Below the pieces are notes generated by a model that was not told the DNA's origin, made no database searches, and saw nothing but the letters and a program-made list of their open reading frames with translations. DNA of 64,000 bases, taken from contig CBFFRQ010000018.1 in the NCBI GenBank assembly GCA_965644315.1, forward strand, positions 248,001 to 312,000. Reading direction: 5' to 3'. Below are positions 1-9,979 of this stretch, piece after piece. This DNA comes from Caecitellus pseudoparvulus. Lineage: Eukaryota > Protista > Bigyra: Bicosoecida. Position 1 is the stretch's first letter, and the number at the start of each line of letters is the position of its first letter. The position numbers were made by a program, and so were the translations under genes.

Positions 1-2
1 AC

Positions 3-455
3 ACGCTGTGGAAGCAAAAGGTGCAGGAGGCAGAGGCTGCCCGTGCAGCGTCTGGTGCAGACGAAGCCGCCCGCCGGGCGCGCATGCTGGATGTGCTCAG
101 CCGGGCGCCAGGGCGGGCTGCGTTGCTGCTCGGCCTGCGGCGCACAGGGCCAGTGGCACTGGCGCGGGTCGCAGCAGCATGCTCAGTCCACGACGACGAC
201 GTTCTTGGCGTTCTTGAAGCCATGCGCAGGGAAGGCGTGGCGGCTGTCGTGGTGAGCGCCGACGGCACAGTGCAGTGTGTAGCCGATGAAGTACTTGACG
301 CGATTGCTGCGGCAGTGCGCGAACGTGGTGCATTGACGGCTGATGCAGCCGCAGGCATCGCCAACGCCGCCGCCGAGGCAGTCGACCATAGCGTACAGGA
401 AAGTGTGCTTGAAGGGCTGGCTGCAGAGATTCTCGAAGCGGGGGGCGCCCGCTGA
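3..455 (+). CDS. DDRGK1/UFBP1-like winged-helix (PCI-like) protein, 3' part only (5' end outside window)
   Basis: LRRTGPVALARVAAACSV...EAMRREGVAAVVVSADGTVQCVADEVLDAIAAAVRERGALTADAAAGIAN follows the spacing of the DDRGK1 C-terminal domain (K.V.LEDLA...GVIDDRGKFIY.S.EEL.AVA.FI.QRGRV). The DDRGK signature itself is replaced by SADGT. Frame open from the window edge to TGA 453-455. Confidence 0.5.
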   Translation, partial: TLWKQKVQEAEAARAASGADEAARRARMLDVLSRAPGRAALLLGLRRTGPVALARVAAACSVHDDDVLGVLEAMRREGVAAVVVSADGTVQCVADEVLDAIAAAVRERGALTADAAAGIANAAAEAVDHSVQESVLEGLAAEILEAGGAR

Positions 456-474
456 GCGCCGCGCCAATGCACGA

Positions 475-2148
475 TCACTGCTTGGCCAGCCACGCGACGG
501 CAGAGCCGACGTCTCGCAGCGGCACTTGCCGCACTTCTTTGCCGACGCCGTTGCCCCGCGAGCCAGAGTGCGGCAGCAATACCTGCTGCATGCCAACCCG
601 TGCCGCAGAATTGCACCGCAGTGGCAGCCCAGCAACCGGGCGCAGTTCGCCACTGAGACCCACCTCCCCCACACAGGCTGTGCCGACGGGAATGGAGGCG
701 TCGTTGATAGAAGAGGCCACTGCCATGGCAATGGCCAGGTCTGCAGCTGGGTCTGAGATCCGCACGCCCCCCACGACGTTCACGTGCACGTCACACTTGC
801 GCAGGTTCAGGCGCCCATGGCGCTGCAGCACCGCTAGCAGCATGTGCAGGCGGTCCAACCCGACGCCAGTCGCACGGTGGCGGGGGTATTCAAAGGACGT
901 CGGCGTCACAAGGGCCTGCACCTCCACGGGCAGTGGCCGCGACCCTTCCATGGCCACGGCCACAGCCGAGCCTGGTGGCCAACTGCTGCCCGGCCCGGCG
1001 TCCCCTGCCGCAGAGCTCAGGAACAGCCCTTCCGCCTCCTCCACAGACCGCAAGCCGCCGTCCCCCATCTCCAGCACCGCCACCTCTGCCGTGCTGCCAA
1101 AACGGTTCTTGCCCGACCGCAGCAGGCGGTGGTGGTGCCCCGCCTCGCCCTCCACATACAGCACGGCGTCCACGAGGTGCTCCAGGACACGGGGGCCCGC
1201 CAGCTCCCCCGCCTTGGTGATGTGCCCCGTCAGGATGACAGGCACGCCGTTGGCCTTGGCGAACTGCAGCAGGCGCAGGGCGCAGTCCCTCACCTGCACC
1301 ACGGAGCCGGCGGCTGCCGCCACCTCCTCCAGAAACATCGTCTGGATGGAGTCCACGATGACGGCTGCAAGGGGCAGGGGGGACACAGTCAGCAGGTCCT
1401 GCAGGCCCTGCAGAATGGTCTCCAAGTTCGTCTCGTTCATGACCAGGGTGCCCCCTGCCGGCAGGCCAAGTCGAGCTGCACGCGCCTTCAACTGCCCAGC
1501 ACTCTCCTCCCCAGAAACATACGCCACAGCAGCGGTGGGTTCAACTGGCTCCCCTGCGCCTGCTGATGGCGCTGCCCCCTTTGCTGTGGGTGCCAAGGAC
1601 GCCTGGCCAGTGGACAACTCGGCAGCGAGCTGCAGCAGCAAGGTGGACTTGCCAATGCCAGGCGCACCGCCCAGCAGCACGATGGACCCCCTCATCAGCC
1701 CGCCGCCCAGAACACGGTTGATTTCGGGGCAGCACAGCTGCACCCGGTCGCCCCCCACGTCTTGTGTGTCGGACAGCAGGGAAAAGCCAGGAGCTGCGGA
1801 AAGGTCACCCTGGCCAGCCTTCCACACACCCTGCCGCGCGGCGCTGGAGTCCCGAGCAGCCTTCATGGAGGTGCGTGAGGACGAAGGGGCAACTGACGCA
1901 GGGGTGAACTGTTTCAGCGTGTTCCACTCCTTGCACGCGAAGCACTGCCCCGACCACTTAGCGTGCTCGGCGCCACACTGGTCACAAACAAACACTGCCT
2001 TGCTTTTCTTGCCTGCCGCGGCGAAGCGTGGACAAGAGGCATGGAGCCCTCGTTGTGCAAGTGAAAAACCAAGCCCGGGGTGCCTTGGTGCAGGCAATCG
2101 TGCTCTGGCGGCCACAGACAGGCAGCCAACAGCCCTGCGCCACGCCAT
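475..2148 (-). CDS. radA: DNA repair protein RadA/Sms, probably mitochondrion-targeted
   Basis: C4 zinc finger FVCDQCG...KWSGQCFACKEWNT, Walker A GGAPGIGKST, YVSGEES, VIVDSIQ, GPRVLEHLVD, KNRFG motif, Lon-like C-terminus with GEVGLSGELRPV. Arg/Ala/Leu-rich, acid-free N-terminal extension. Intronless. Confidence 0.95.
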   Translation of the reverse strand: MAWRRAVGCLSVAARARLPAPRHPGLGFSLAQRGLHASCPRFAAAGKKSKAVFVCDQCGAEHAKWSGQCFACKEWNTLKQFTPASVAPSSSRTSMKAARDSSAARQGVWKAGQGDLSAAPGFSLLSDTQDVGGDRVQLCCPEINRVLGGGLMRGSIVLLGGAPGIGKSTLLLQLAAELSTGQASLAPTAKGAAPSAGAGEPVEPTAAVAYVSGEESAGQLKARAARLGLPAGGTLVMNETNLETILQGLQDLLTVSPLPLAAVIVDSIQTMFLEEVAAAAGSVVQVRDCALRLLQFAKANGVPVILTGHITKAGELAGPRVLEHLVDAVLYVEGEAGHHHRLLRSGKNRFGSTAEVAVLEMGDGGLRSVEEAEGLFLSSAAGDAGPGSSWPPGSAVAVAMEGSRPLPVEVQALVTPTSFEYPRHRATGVGLDRLHMLLAVLQRHGRLNLRKCDVHVNVVGGVRISDPAADLAIAMAVASSINDASIPVGTACVGEVGLSGELRPVAGLPLRCNSAARVGMQQVLLPHSGSRGNGVGKEVRQVPLRDVGSAVAWLAKQ

Positions 2149-2576
2149 GCAGCCCTGAAACGCAACGAAACGCAGGCCGGCAAGGCAGGTCTGCAGAGAC
2201 CAGTTTCAGTGAGCCTGGCAAGGTCTCACGTGGAGCGCGTAGGGGCAGGGGGGATGGGTCTGGATTGGCATCGAATTTTAGCGAAAAGATGACGGCCGTT
2301 GGCTCTGGGCCGCCTGAGTGCGAAGCTTGTCGATGAGCTGCGCAGGATTGCAGCGGAGAGCTGCACAGAGCCCCAGCGACACTGCCAACTGCCTCGCGAA
2401 ACCAAACTGAAAATCACACGAGTGTTGCACAGGGGGGTATTTGCAACGGGGAACCGCTTTCTACCTTGCCCGCGCTGCCCAGGCAAGGTGAGGGCAGCAC
2501 GTAAGGCTCACTTCCGGGCGCCTCAGCCCAGCCTTCGCGGGCACGGCACTCCTCACAACGCCTGGCTGAGGGTGCG

Positions 2577-5500
2577 ATGGCGGCACAGTCAACAGGGAGC
2601 AGCAGTGGAGTGAGGTTTTGCTACCTATTCTCTGCGCCACTGGTGAAGGGGGCGCAGTCAGGCAGCAGCAAGTTTGTCGCGATCGATCGCCCGCTCAACT
2701 TGGCCCGGGAGCTCAAGTCGCTGCAGTCCACGCTGGAACACACCCATCGCCAGGTGGAGTGGAAGCAGGCTGTGGCATCACCCTCAACCTTCTCCAAGGT
2801 GCTTGCTGATTCCCCAGACATCCTGCACTTTTCAGGTGAGCGGGCTCACTGGCGTTGCCTGCGGAAGTAGGCCCAGCTTGCTGTCAATAACCTCGGGACA
2901 ATTGCCGCTTACGCTCGCAGGCCACGGCGAGAAGGGGTACCTGTGCATGGAGGATGACTCTGGTGTCCTCTGCCCCGTGCGATCCTCTGTCATTGACACC
3001 TACCTGCACTGGCACGGAGGGGCTCCTCCAGTGGTGTTTGTAGCAGCCTGCCACTCAGAATCCGTTGCACACGCTTTCGTCAACGCAGGGTGTACGTGTG
3101 GCTTCCTGCACAGCAGCCGATCCTTCCCTGCGCATGCTTGTCCCTCCACCCCCCTGCACAGGCCCCCATGTCATTTGCATCAACCAGCAGGACGAAGTGA
3201 ACGACGTGCGTGGGCCAGCATCACCCCCACAACCACGCAGCACCAGCGCCACATGGCGACCCCCCTCCGTCACAGGAAGCGGCGCTGAAGTTCGCCAGAG
3301 AGTTCTACAGCATGCTCATCGTGCGTCCTCCCGACTGGCCACCCCCGTACCGCTTCGCTGCACCCCCACCCCCTCCCCCGCTATCGTACAGGGGAGCGGA
3401 AGGGATGTGGGGAGCGCCTTCTTCCTGGCAAAGAACACAGTGAGCGTAGAGATGGGTGCCAGGAGCCCCGCTGAAGTCAACAAGTTCCTACTGCTGCCGG
3501 AACCACCACTAGGGCCGGGCCAAACGAAGGACGACCCGGCGTGGCGTGACGCCTTGCGAGGCATGCATCGCCTGGAACTGACGAAGATCTGCACGCCTGG
3601 AAAGTTCGTACAAGCGACAGGCGCCAGGTCCAGCACTCTACCAGACATGCCCCCTACGCTGTATGGGCGGGATTTGCGACTGCAGGAGCTGTACCGGTCC
3701 TTGACGCGGTCGGGGGAGCCGCTGAACTTGGTGACTCTGCACGGGCCTCCGTCGGTCGGCAAGAGTGCCCTTGCCACAGCCCTGGCTGTGTACACAGCAC
3801 AGCGCCTGGACCTTCAGCAGCGCTTTAGCAATGTGTGCCTCGTGGATGCGGCGGCCGTGGAGCTTGACCTGTACACCGACAGGCAGGCTGCTGGCCAGCC
3901 TCGGGTGTGGGGCGCGATCCTGAGTCGCATGGGCCTGCCGCCCAGCCTGGCCGTGGAGCAGCCGCAGACAATCGTCCATGAACTGGCCAGCAAGCTCCCA
4001 CGGGCTCTCTTCGTGCTGACTCGCTTGGACGTGGAGGGCCGCCGCGAAGTGTCTCAAGCTGTGGTGGAGGCTGCTCTCGCCTTCGCCAGCCGAGTGCTGC
4101 AGCCGCTGGTGGGGCACCACTCCTGTGCAGCGGTCCTCACATCGCGTCGTGAGCTGGAACACGGTTGGCGGGTAAGCAACACTCAGAGCAAGAAGCTGGA
4201 GCCCTTGCAGTCGTTCTACGCTGGCCAGATGCTGTGCACGAAGTTCGCGGTGCAGAACGCGCCGCAGAGCACTTGGGCGGGGCTAGTCCCGCGCTCCGCC
4301 CTGAGCACAGCATCCCGCAGGCCGCGCAGGGACATTTACTTTGAAGAGGTGGGCAAGCACCCGCTCCTGCGCATTTGTGGCGGCCTGCCCGGCGTCATCG
4401 AAGCGTTCGTGCAGGCCAGCGGAAATAAGTCCCTCCACGAAACGCTGGACGAATCCAAGGTGCTGGCTGGCATGTGCATGCTAAAGACCGGGCAGCCCAT
4501 CCCCCCCGGCACCATGCGTGCCGAGCTGGAAGCTGAGGCCAAGGCACGGGTGGACAGCGAACGGAGCACGGCCGCTGCGGCAGCTGCTGGTGGGGCGCCC
4601 AGCACGCACCCAGGCCCTGGTCTGAGCCACTTACCGTCAAACCCGCCCCACATGAGCGGGGCTGCCATGTCAGGCTTCCCAGGCATGTCTGCGTTCTCTG
4701 TGGGGTCTAGCTTGAGCCGAGTCCCCTCCATACCCCCCCAGTCCTTCCACTTGACCCAGTCCAAGTCTGATGGTGAACTGCCCAAGAACCAAGTGGAGCA
4801 AGACGTGCCTGAGCTGTGGGCTGCACTCACAACAGCCCTGGGCAGCAGTCCCCAGGCACAGTCTGTGTGCCTCCCACCCGCCAGCGACGCAGGCGTCCTG
4901 TGGAGCCTGGTGCATGCCTATGCCACCGCCCGCCTGCCGCATTGCCTGGGCGTGCGTGCCCTCACAGAGCACGATGTGAGGGTCATGACACTGTGGATAT
5001 ACCAGTGCGCATCGCAGCGTGACAGGGCGGGCAGGGTGTTGCTCTCGCAGCGCGACCTGCGAGCTGCCGTGGAGTCACGCCTCATGGTGTGGGTGTGGAT
5101 GATGAAGATAAAGGTGCGGCACCACTGGACCCGAACAGTGCATGGGACACAGACGCCCTACCTGCACGGTTTCCTGGACAAGAACGAAGCCTGGACCTTG
5201 CTGCAGCAAGCAGGCAGTCAAGACGGCACCTTCCTCCTCCGCTTCTCGGCGAGCGACCCCAAGTCCATCACCATGACGGTGGCCACAGAACACGGACAGC
5301 AGGCCTGGAACTGTCGACTGTCGCTGACAGTGAACACAGACCGCACCAGTGCCCACCGGTGCTACTGGGAGTACACCTGGCGCGGCGCTCACGGAAAGCT
5401 GCACGTGAACACACTGGACGAGTTTGTGGAGCGACACCGCGACCAGCTACGGGAGCAGCTGCACTTTTCACGCAGCACATACGCAGATGACGCGTTGCCT

Positions 5501-5794
5501 GCACACTTGGCCAGTGGCGGCATGCCTGCCTCGCACCACTCCAGGTTTCCGAGTCACGGACCGCACCTGGCCTCGTCCACATCCATGCCAATGGTGCCCG
5601 GCATGCATGGCGGCGTGCCACCAGGCGCACTTGCCACGCCAACCCTGGCGCACTCGGGCTCTGCCATGGCGGGGTTCCCGGGTGGGGCGTTCCAGCCCCC
5701 CGCCATGGAGCGGTTCCCCTCCGGGGACAGTCGGGCCAGCAGCCACGCCGAAGCCGGGCCCCGACACGGCGGCACCGCCCCTCCAAACTTCTAG
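2577..5794 (+). CDS. CHAT (caspase/HetF-like) protease + NB-ARC-type STAND ATPase + STAT-like linker-SH2 protein; exons 2577-2835, 2921-3091, 3162-3205, 3276-3320, 3392-5794
   Basis: Splicing four GT-AG introns keeps frame and rebuilds the CHAT motifs DILHFSG|HG (His 2923-2925), VFVAACHSE (Cys 3049-3051) and AALKFAREFYSML. ATPase motifs: LYGRD, Walker A GPPSVGKS (3743-3766), LTSR, LEPL, CGGLP. SH2 region: YLHGFLDKNEA...DGTFLLRFS (5225-5248). Confidence 0.85.
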
Positions 5795-5954
5795 TGTGCA
5801 GCAGGGTCAGGAACCCCGCGCACACAAATGCAATACACCGAAATAATTGCATCGAATGCTGACTGCCGTGTCCTCCTTGCTGCTTGCACCCTCCGACGGC
5901 TGCACACCGCGCAAACGTCGACGGCGGCGTGGGAGCGTTTCACGAGCACCTGCC

Positions 5955-8180
5955 ATGGGAACCACACCCTCCAAGGCCCTGCACAAGGCCGCCAAGAGTG
6001 GCGACACGGAGGGTATTGAAAGTGCACTGCGAAGTGGTGCATCTCTTGATGCTGTGGAGGATGGGCGCACGCCCCTCATGACGGCAGCCAAGTCAAACAA
6101 GCCTGAGATCCTTTCCCTGCTCCTCGCGAAAGGCGCATCAGACTACCGCGACAGCAACCAGGAGCTCGCCCTGCACCAGTACGTGGGGACCTGTCGCTTT
6201 GTGTCCAAGCTCACCTGGGCTGGGGTTTGCACCTGCCTTGGTGCGCTGTGCTGGCTTTGCATGGCGTGTGAGGAAGTGTCCCAGAAAGTCCCGCTGGCTC
6301 TCGCGGCCGGCATGGCATTCCTTCTTGCACTGGCACACGTCCTGGCGCACTCCCCCCCCCTTCCGCAGCGCTGCAAGGGCGGGATCTGTTGCATGTGCTG
6401 CCGTCCTCATTAACCGCGGCTCAGGTGCGTGGCACTGCGCCAAGAGGCGCCTGCCTGCTTGCGAGGATGATGTGCTTGTTGCCCCCTGGCCTGCGCAGAC
6501 CACTTCGCGAAGAACACGTCAGGGCAGCGGCCCATCCACGTCGCGTCCTCTCGAGGCAAGACCGCCGTCGTGCGGTACCTGGAGGCGGCGACCTGCCCCT
6601 TCTTCCACGAGGTGCAAGTCAAGTTCCCCATCTTCATGTCGCTGTGCACGTGGCACGAGCGGTGGCTGGTGGTGCACCGGGCCTGCCCACACGACAACCC
6701 CATCGTGTCCCGCAATGACACCCTCGTCTACGTCTACACCAGCTACAAGCACTGCACGCACTACATGTCCCTGCGCAACGCCGCCGTACACGTCCTGCGC
6801 ACCAACGAGTCCGGCAGCGTCATCCGCTTCGACCTCCTGAGCAGCGTGACCCCCAACGCCCCAGGCGGCAGCAGGCAAGCAGACCACGCCGTATCACGGG
6901 TGCAGTGCCGCGCCCCCATCCACGTGTTCGAGTGGCTGAGGGATGTCCTGCACCCCGACTTCGGTGCGGGCCGGGGCCCCCGCATCGACCCCAGGACCCA
7001 CCGGGCCATTCTGCCGCCGTGGGCGCTGCGCCACGCCAACGGCAACCGACGGGCCCAGCAGCCGAACCCCATGAACATTGTGCGAGCTCGAGCACGCGCG
7101 GGCAGTGCCGGGCAGGCGGCACAGCCGACGCCGCAGCTGGAGGCAGAGGTGGTGGCGCCACCCCCCCTGGACGCCGGGGCGGGGGGGGCAGCAGCTGGGA
7201 ACGCAGGCGGCGCCATGCGCCCACCAGTGCCCACCTCGCCCGAGGCTGCAGAGCAGGCCTCCGTCGCGGGGTACGCAGCCGTCCTTCCCTCCATGGGCGA
7301 GCGGGGGGCAACGGCGCTCTTCGGCGCAGGTGCCCGGGACAGCTACAACACTGCCGCGCAAGGCAGCACCTCCACACGCTCTGCTGCCGTGGCGCCGGCG
7401 CCTGCCGCCCCTGCCCGCACCAGCAGCCTGTACCCTGCCCTGGACAGCCAGCAACCAGTCCTGGCCCCCATGATCGTGCAGCCGGCCAGCCCACAGGCAC
7501 CGGCGCAGGGGGCTGCCGCGGGGCCCTCCCCACGCGCGAACGTCCTGGATGTGACGGTGCCTGAGGGCTCTGAGGAGCCGCCCCCTGCGCTCTGTTGCGT
7601 CTTGACCATGGATCTGTACCAAGACCCCGTCGTGGCAGCGGATGGGCACACGTACGACCGAGAGGCCATCGAGACATGGCTGGCAACCCATAACACGTCT
7701 CCCAAGACCAACGAGACCCTGCAGCACAAGCACCTCATCCCCAACCATGCCATGCGTGGGCAGGTGCTGGACTGGGTGGATGCTCAGCGGGCAGCGGCGG
7801 CACAGGCAGCCCCGGCTCCCGCCCCTGCCGCCACCCCGGTGCCGGCGCCTGAACCGGAGCCCCTTGTCCCAGACAAGCTCGGGTACGATGCTTCCCACCA
7901 TGCCAGTCCCGTCCCTGTGGCGCCCTCAGCGCCTCCCCCCGTTGCGCTGGACGCGTACGCAGTGGATGAGGGCGCGGCGCAGGGCCACAGCGACGAGGAG
8001 GACCGGCCAGCAGAGCCTTCCCTGGCCGCCCGCGCTGCTGCCGCCCAGCAGTACGACGAACTGGACATCTTGACCATGGACTTTCCCTCGGTGCCGCAGC
8101 ACAGTGTGCAGCCGCCCAGGGAGAGTGCGCAGGCGGCACCCGTCACTCGCTCGCAAGGCACGTACGCAGTGCTGGACTGA
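5955..8180 (+). CDS. N-myristoylated ankyrin-repeat + U-box E3 ubiquitin ligase (3 exons)
   Basis: Start MGTTPSK (myristoylation pattern). Ankyrin repeats ALHKAAKSGD, GRTPLMTAAK, ALHHAARAGS (spliced) and RPIHVASSRG. U-box PPALCCVLTMDLYQDPVVAADGHTYDREAIETWL...SPKTNETL...LIPNHAMRGQV. Confidence 0.85.
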
Positions 8181-8252
8181 ACACTTGTGGCGGCAACACC
8201 CTTGACGCCCCTTTCTTTCTTCGCTTTTTGTTTGAATGCATTCATGTCGACC

Positions 8253-9506
8253 TCACAAATCCCGCATGTGAATCTCCAGCGTGGACAGCTTCACCTGCTT
8301 GGGTGGCGTCGCATTCGGGTCACTGAAGGCCGCTTGCGCCTGGGGCATCAGGCGATTCAGAGCCACCCCCAAGTACAGCTTGCCAGCAGTTCTGTGAGCG
8401 TGGAGGGAGGGGGGCGAGTGTGGCGGCGGGCAGGGCGCGGGCGGTGTGGCGCGGCCAACGCACTGGCTCTGCGCGTTGAACGTGTCTTGGATGAACCCCA
8501 TGCTTTCAAAGTCACTTGCGTCCATGGCTTCCTCCAGCACTGCCTGGGCACGGGGGCCATGCTTGGGGTCTGCGGGCACGTGGAAGGCGAGCAGGTGCCC
8601 CTGTGTGGATGCCTTGAGGGTAGCCTCCAGCACCGCCGCCAGCAGGCCGGGAGTGTGCAGGCGCCCGTCGATGTACATGACATCGCACTTGGACCCCTGC
8701 AAGCGCACACCAAACTCTGGGATGCTCTCCTGGGGCTCCCCCGTCACCCATGCGTTGCGGCGAGGGAAGCGGGCCTCCAGCCAGTCTGCCACAGCCACGC
8801 CGTGCTCCTGCATGCTCACCTGCGCGGCCAGCACCTCGTCATCTGCCAGAGGAGCACTGGCATCAAGGCCCTCCACGCCAATGTCAGCCCCGTCAAAGGT
8901 GAGCACGTGGATGTCTGGCCGTGCCGCCAGGAACATGGCTGAGGTGTGGCCCAGGTGAGCCCCTGCAACACACACATCCACCCACTCAGGGTGGGCGCGG
9001 ATCTCCTCCAGCAACCGTGCAGCTGCGATCGGCTGCTGCTTGATGGTCTCTTTGAGGTGGCGCACGGCCACGCCACGCTTCTGCAGGAACGTGTCCAGAT
9101 CCACCCACGCCTGGTACACACTGCGTCCCACTGCATTGGCTGTGCCACGTTCCAGGTCCACTTCCTCGCGCAACCACTGCCTGCAAGTGCCTCTCCATGA
9201 CCCATCGTCCAACTTTGCAATGGAGGGGTGTTGGTACAGCTGCTCACAGCTCTCGAAAGCCACCTTGGAGGAGCTCCAGCCTGTGTCGAGCAAGCAACCC
9301 ACGAGTACACGCGCCGAACTGGCTTGGGGCTCTGCCAACGCACCTTCAGCGCCATAGAGAATCAGCGTTTGATCGATTCCTTCACCTTCCGTTCCAGGCC
9401 GTGCAGGGATCCGCAGGCGCGGTGTCAACATCACCCTCTGGAGGCTGGAGCCGCTGACAACCACCAGAGCTGCTGCCAGGGCCAGTACGCAGACCACAGC
9501 GCGCAT
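8253..9506 (-). CDS. Secreted/lumenal class I SAM-dependent methyltransferase-like protein (one likely intron near 8390-8462)
   Basis: Signal peptide MRAVVCVLALAAALVVVSG. VCVAGAHLGHTSAMFL...VLTFD and CDVMYIDG resemble Methyltransf_24-type motifs, but motif I is degenerate. Confidence 0.5.
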   Translation of the reverse strand: MRAVVCVLALAAALVVVSGSSLQRVMLTPRLRIPARPGTEGEGIDQTLILYGAEGALAEPQASSARVLVGCLLDTGWSSSKVAFESCEQLYQHPSIAKLDDGSWRGTCRQWLREEVDLERGTANAVGRSVYQAWVDLDTFLQKRGVAVRHLKETIKQQPIAAARLLEEIRAHPEWVDVCVAGAHLGHTSAMFLAARPDIHVLTFDGADIGVEGLDASAPLADDEVLAAQVSMQEHGVAVADWLEARFPRRNAWVTGEPQESIPEFGVRLQGSKCDVMYIDGRLHTPGLLAAVLEATLKASTQGHLLAFHVPADPKHGPRAQAVLEEAMDASDFESMGFIQDTFNAQSQCVGRATPPAPCPPPHSPPSLHAHRTAGKLYLGVALNRLMPQAQAAFSDPNATPPKQVKLSTLEIHMRDL

Positions 9507-9979
9507 TGTGGATTGGATGCAGTCACACCAAGTATAACCTGGGATAGAACAAAGGAAAGCAGGCGTAGTGGTCCTGTCCTAGCGTGGGGTGAGGGCGGCG
9601 AAGCGAGACCGTGCAGCGCACCAATTCCGCGTCGTTTGAGGATGCTTGCAGTGCGCCGCTCACAGAGCAGCCTGCAGCTGCACGCGTCCCAAAGGCAAGC
9701 AAGGTTCGCCATGCATGTGCATTGCTTCGAGGGAGAGTATCGCTTTTGGCAGTTGGAGCTGACTGCCCAATGACACGGCCAAGCGAAAGCTTGTTTGCCG
9801 GCAGCTCCAGCACAGCTCAACAGGCGACACGGGCCGTCGACGCTGGAAGCAGCTCTCAGCAAGTCCACCGCCAAGCAAATAACATCCCGAGATCACAACA
9901 ACTCATACACGCCCCATCCTCAGCCTTGCAAGCCCGTCGAGCTGTTCCTCAGCCAGACCACCGCACACCATCACCCACC

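Noticed and set aside
467-2158. 563-aa plus-strand ORF, and similar long antisense ORFs (16146-18515, 31568-33991, 36716-38032, 51145-52107)
   Set aside because: Shadows of real genes on the opposite strand in high-GC DNA; no motifs.
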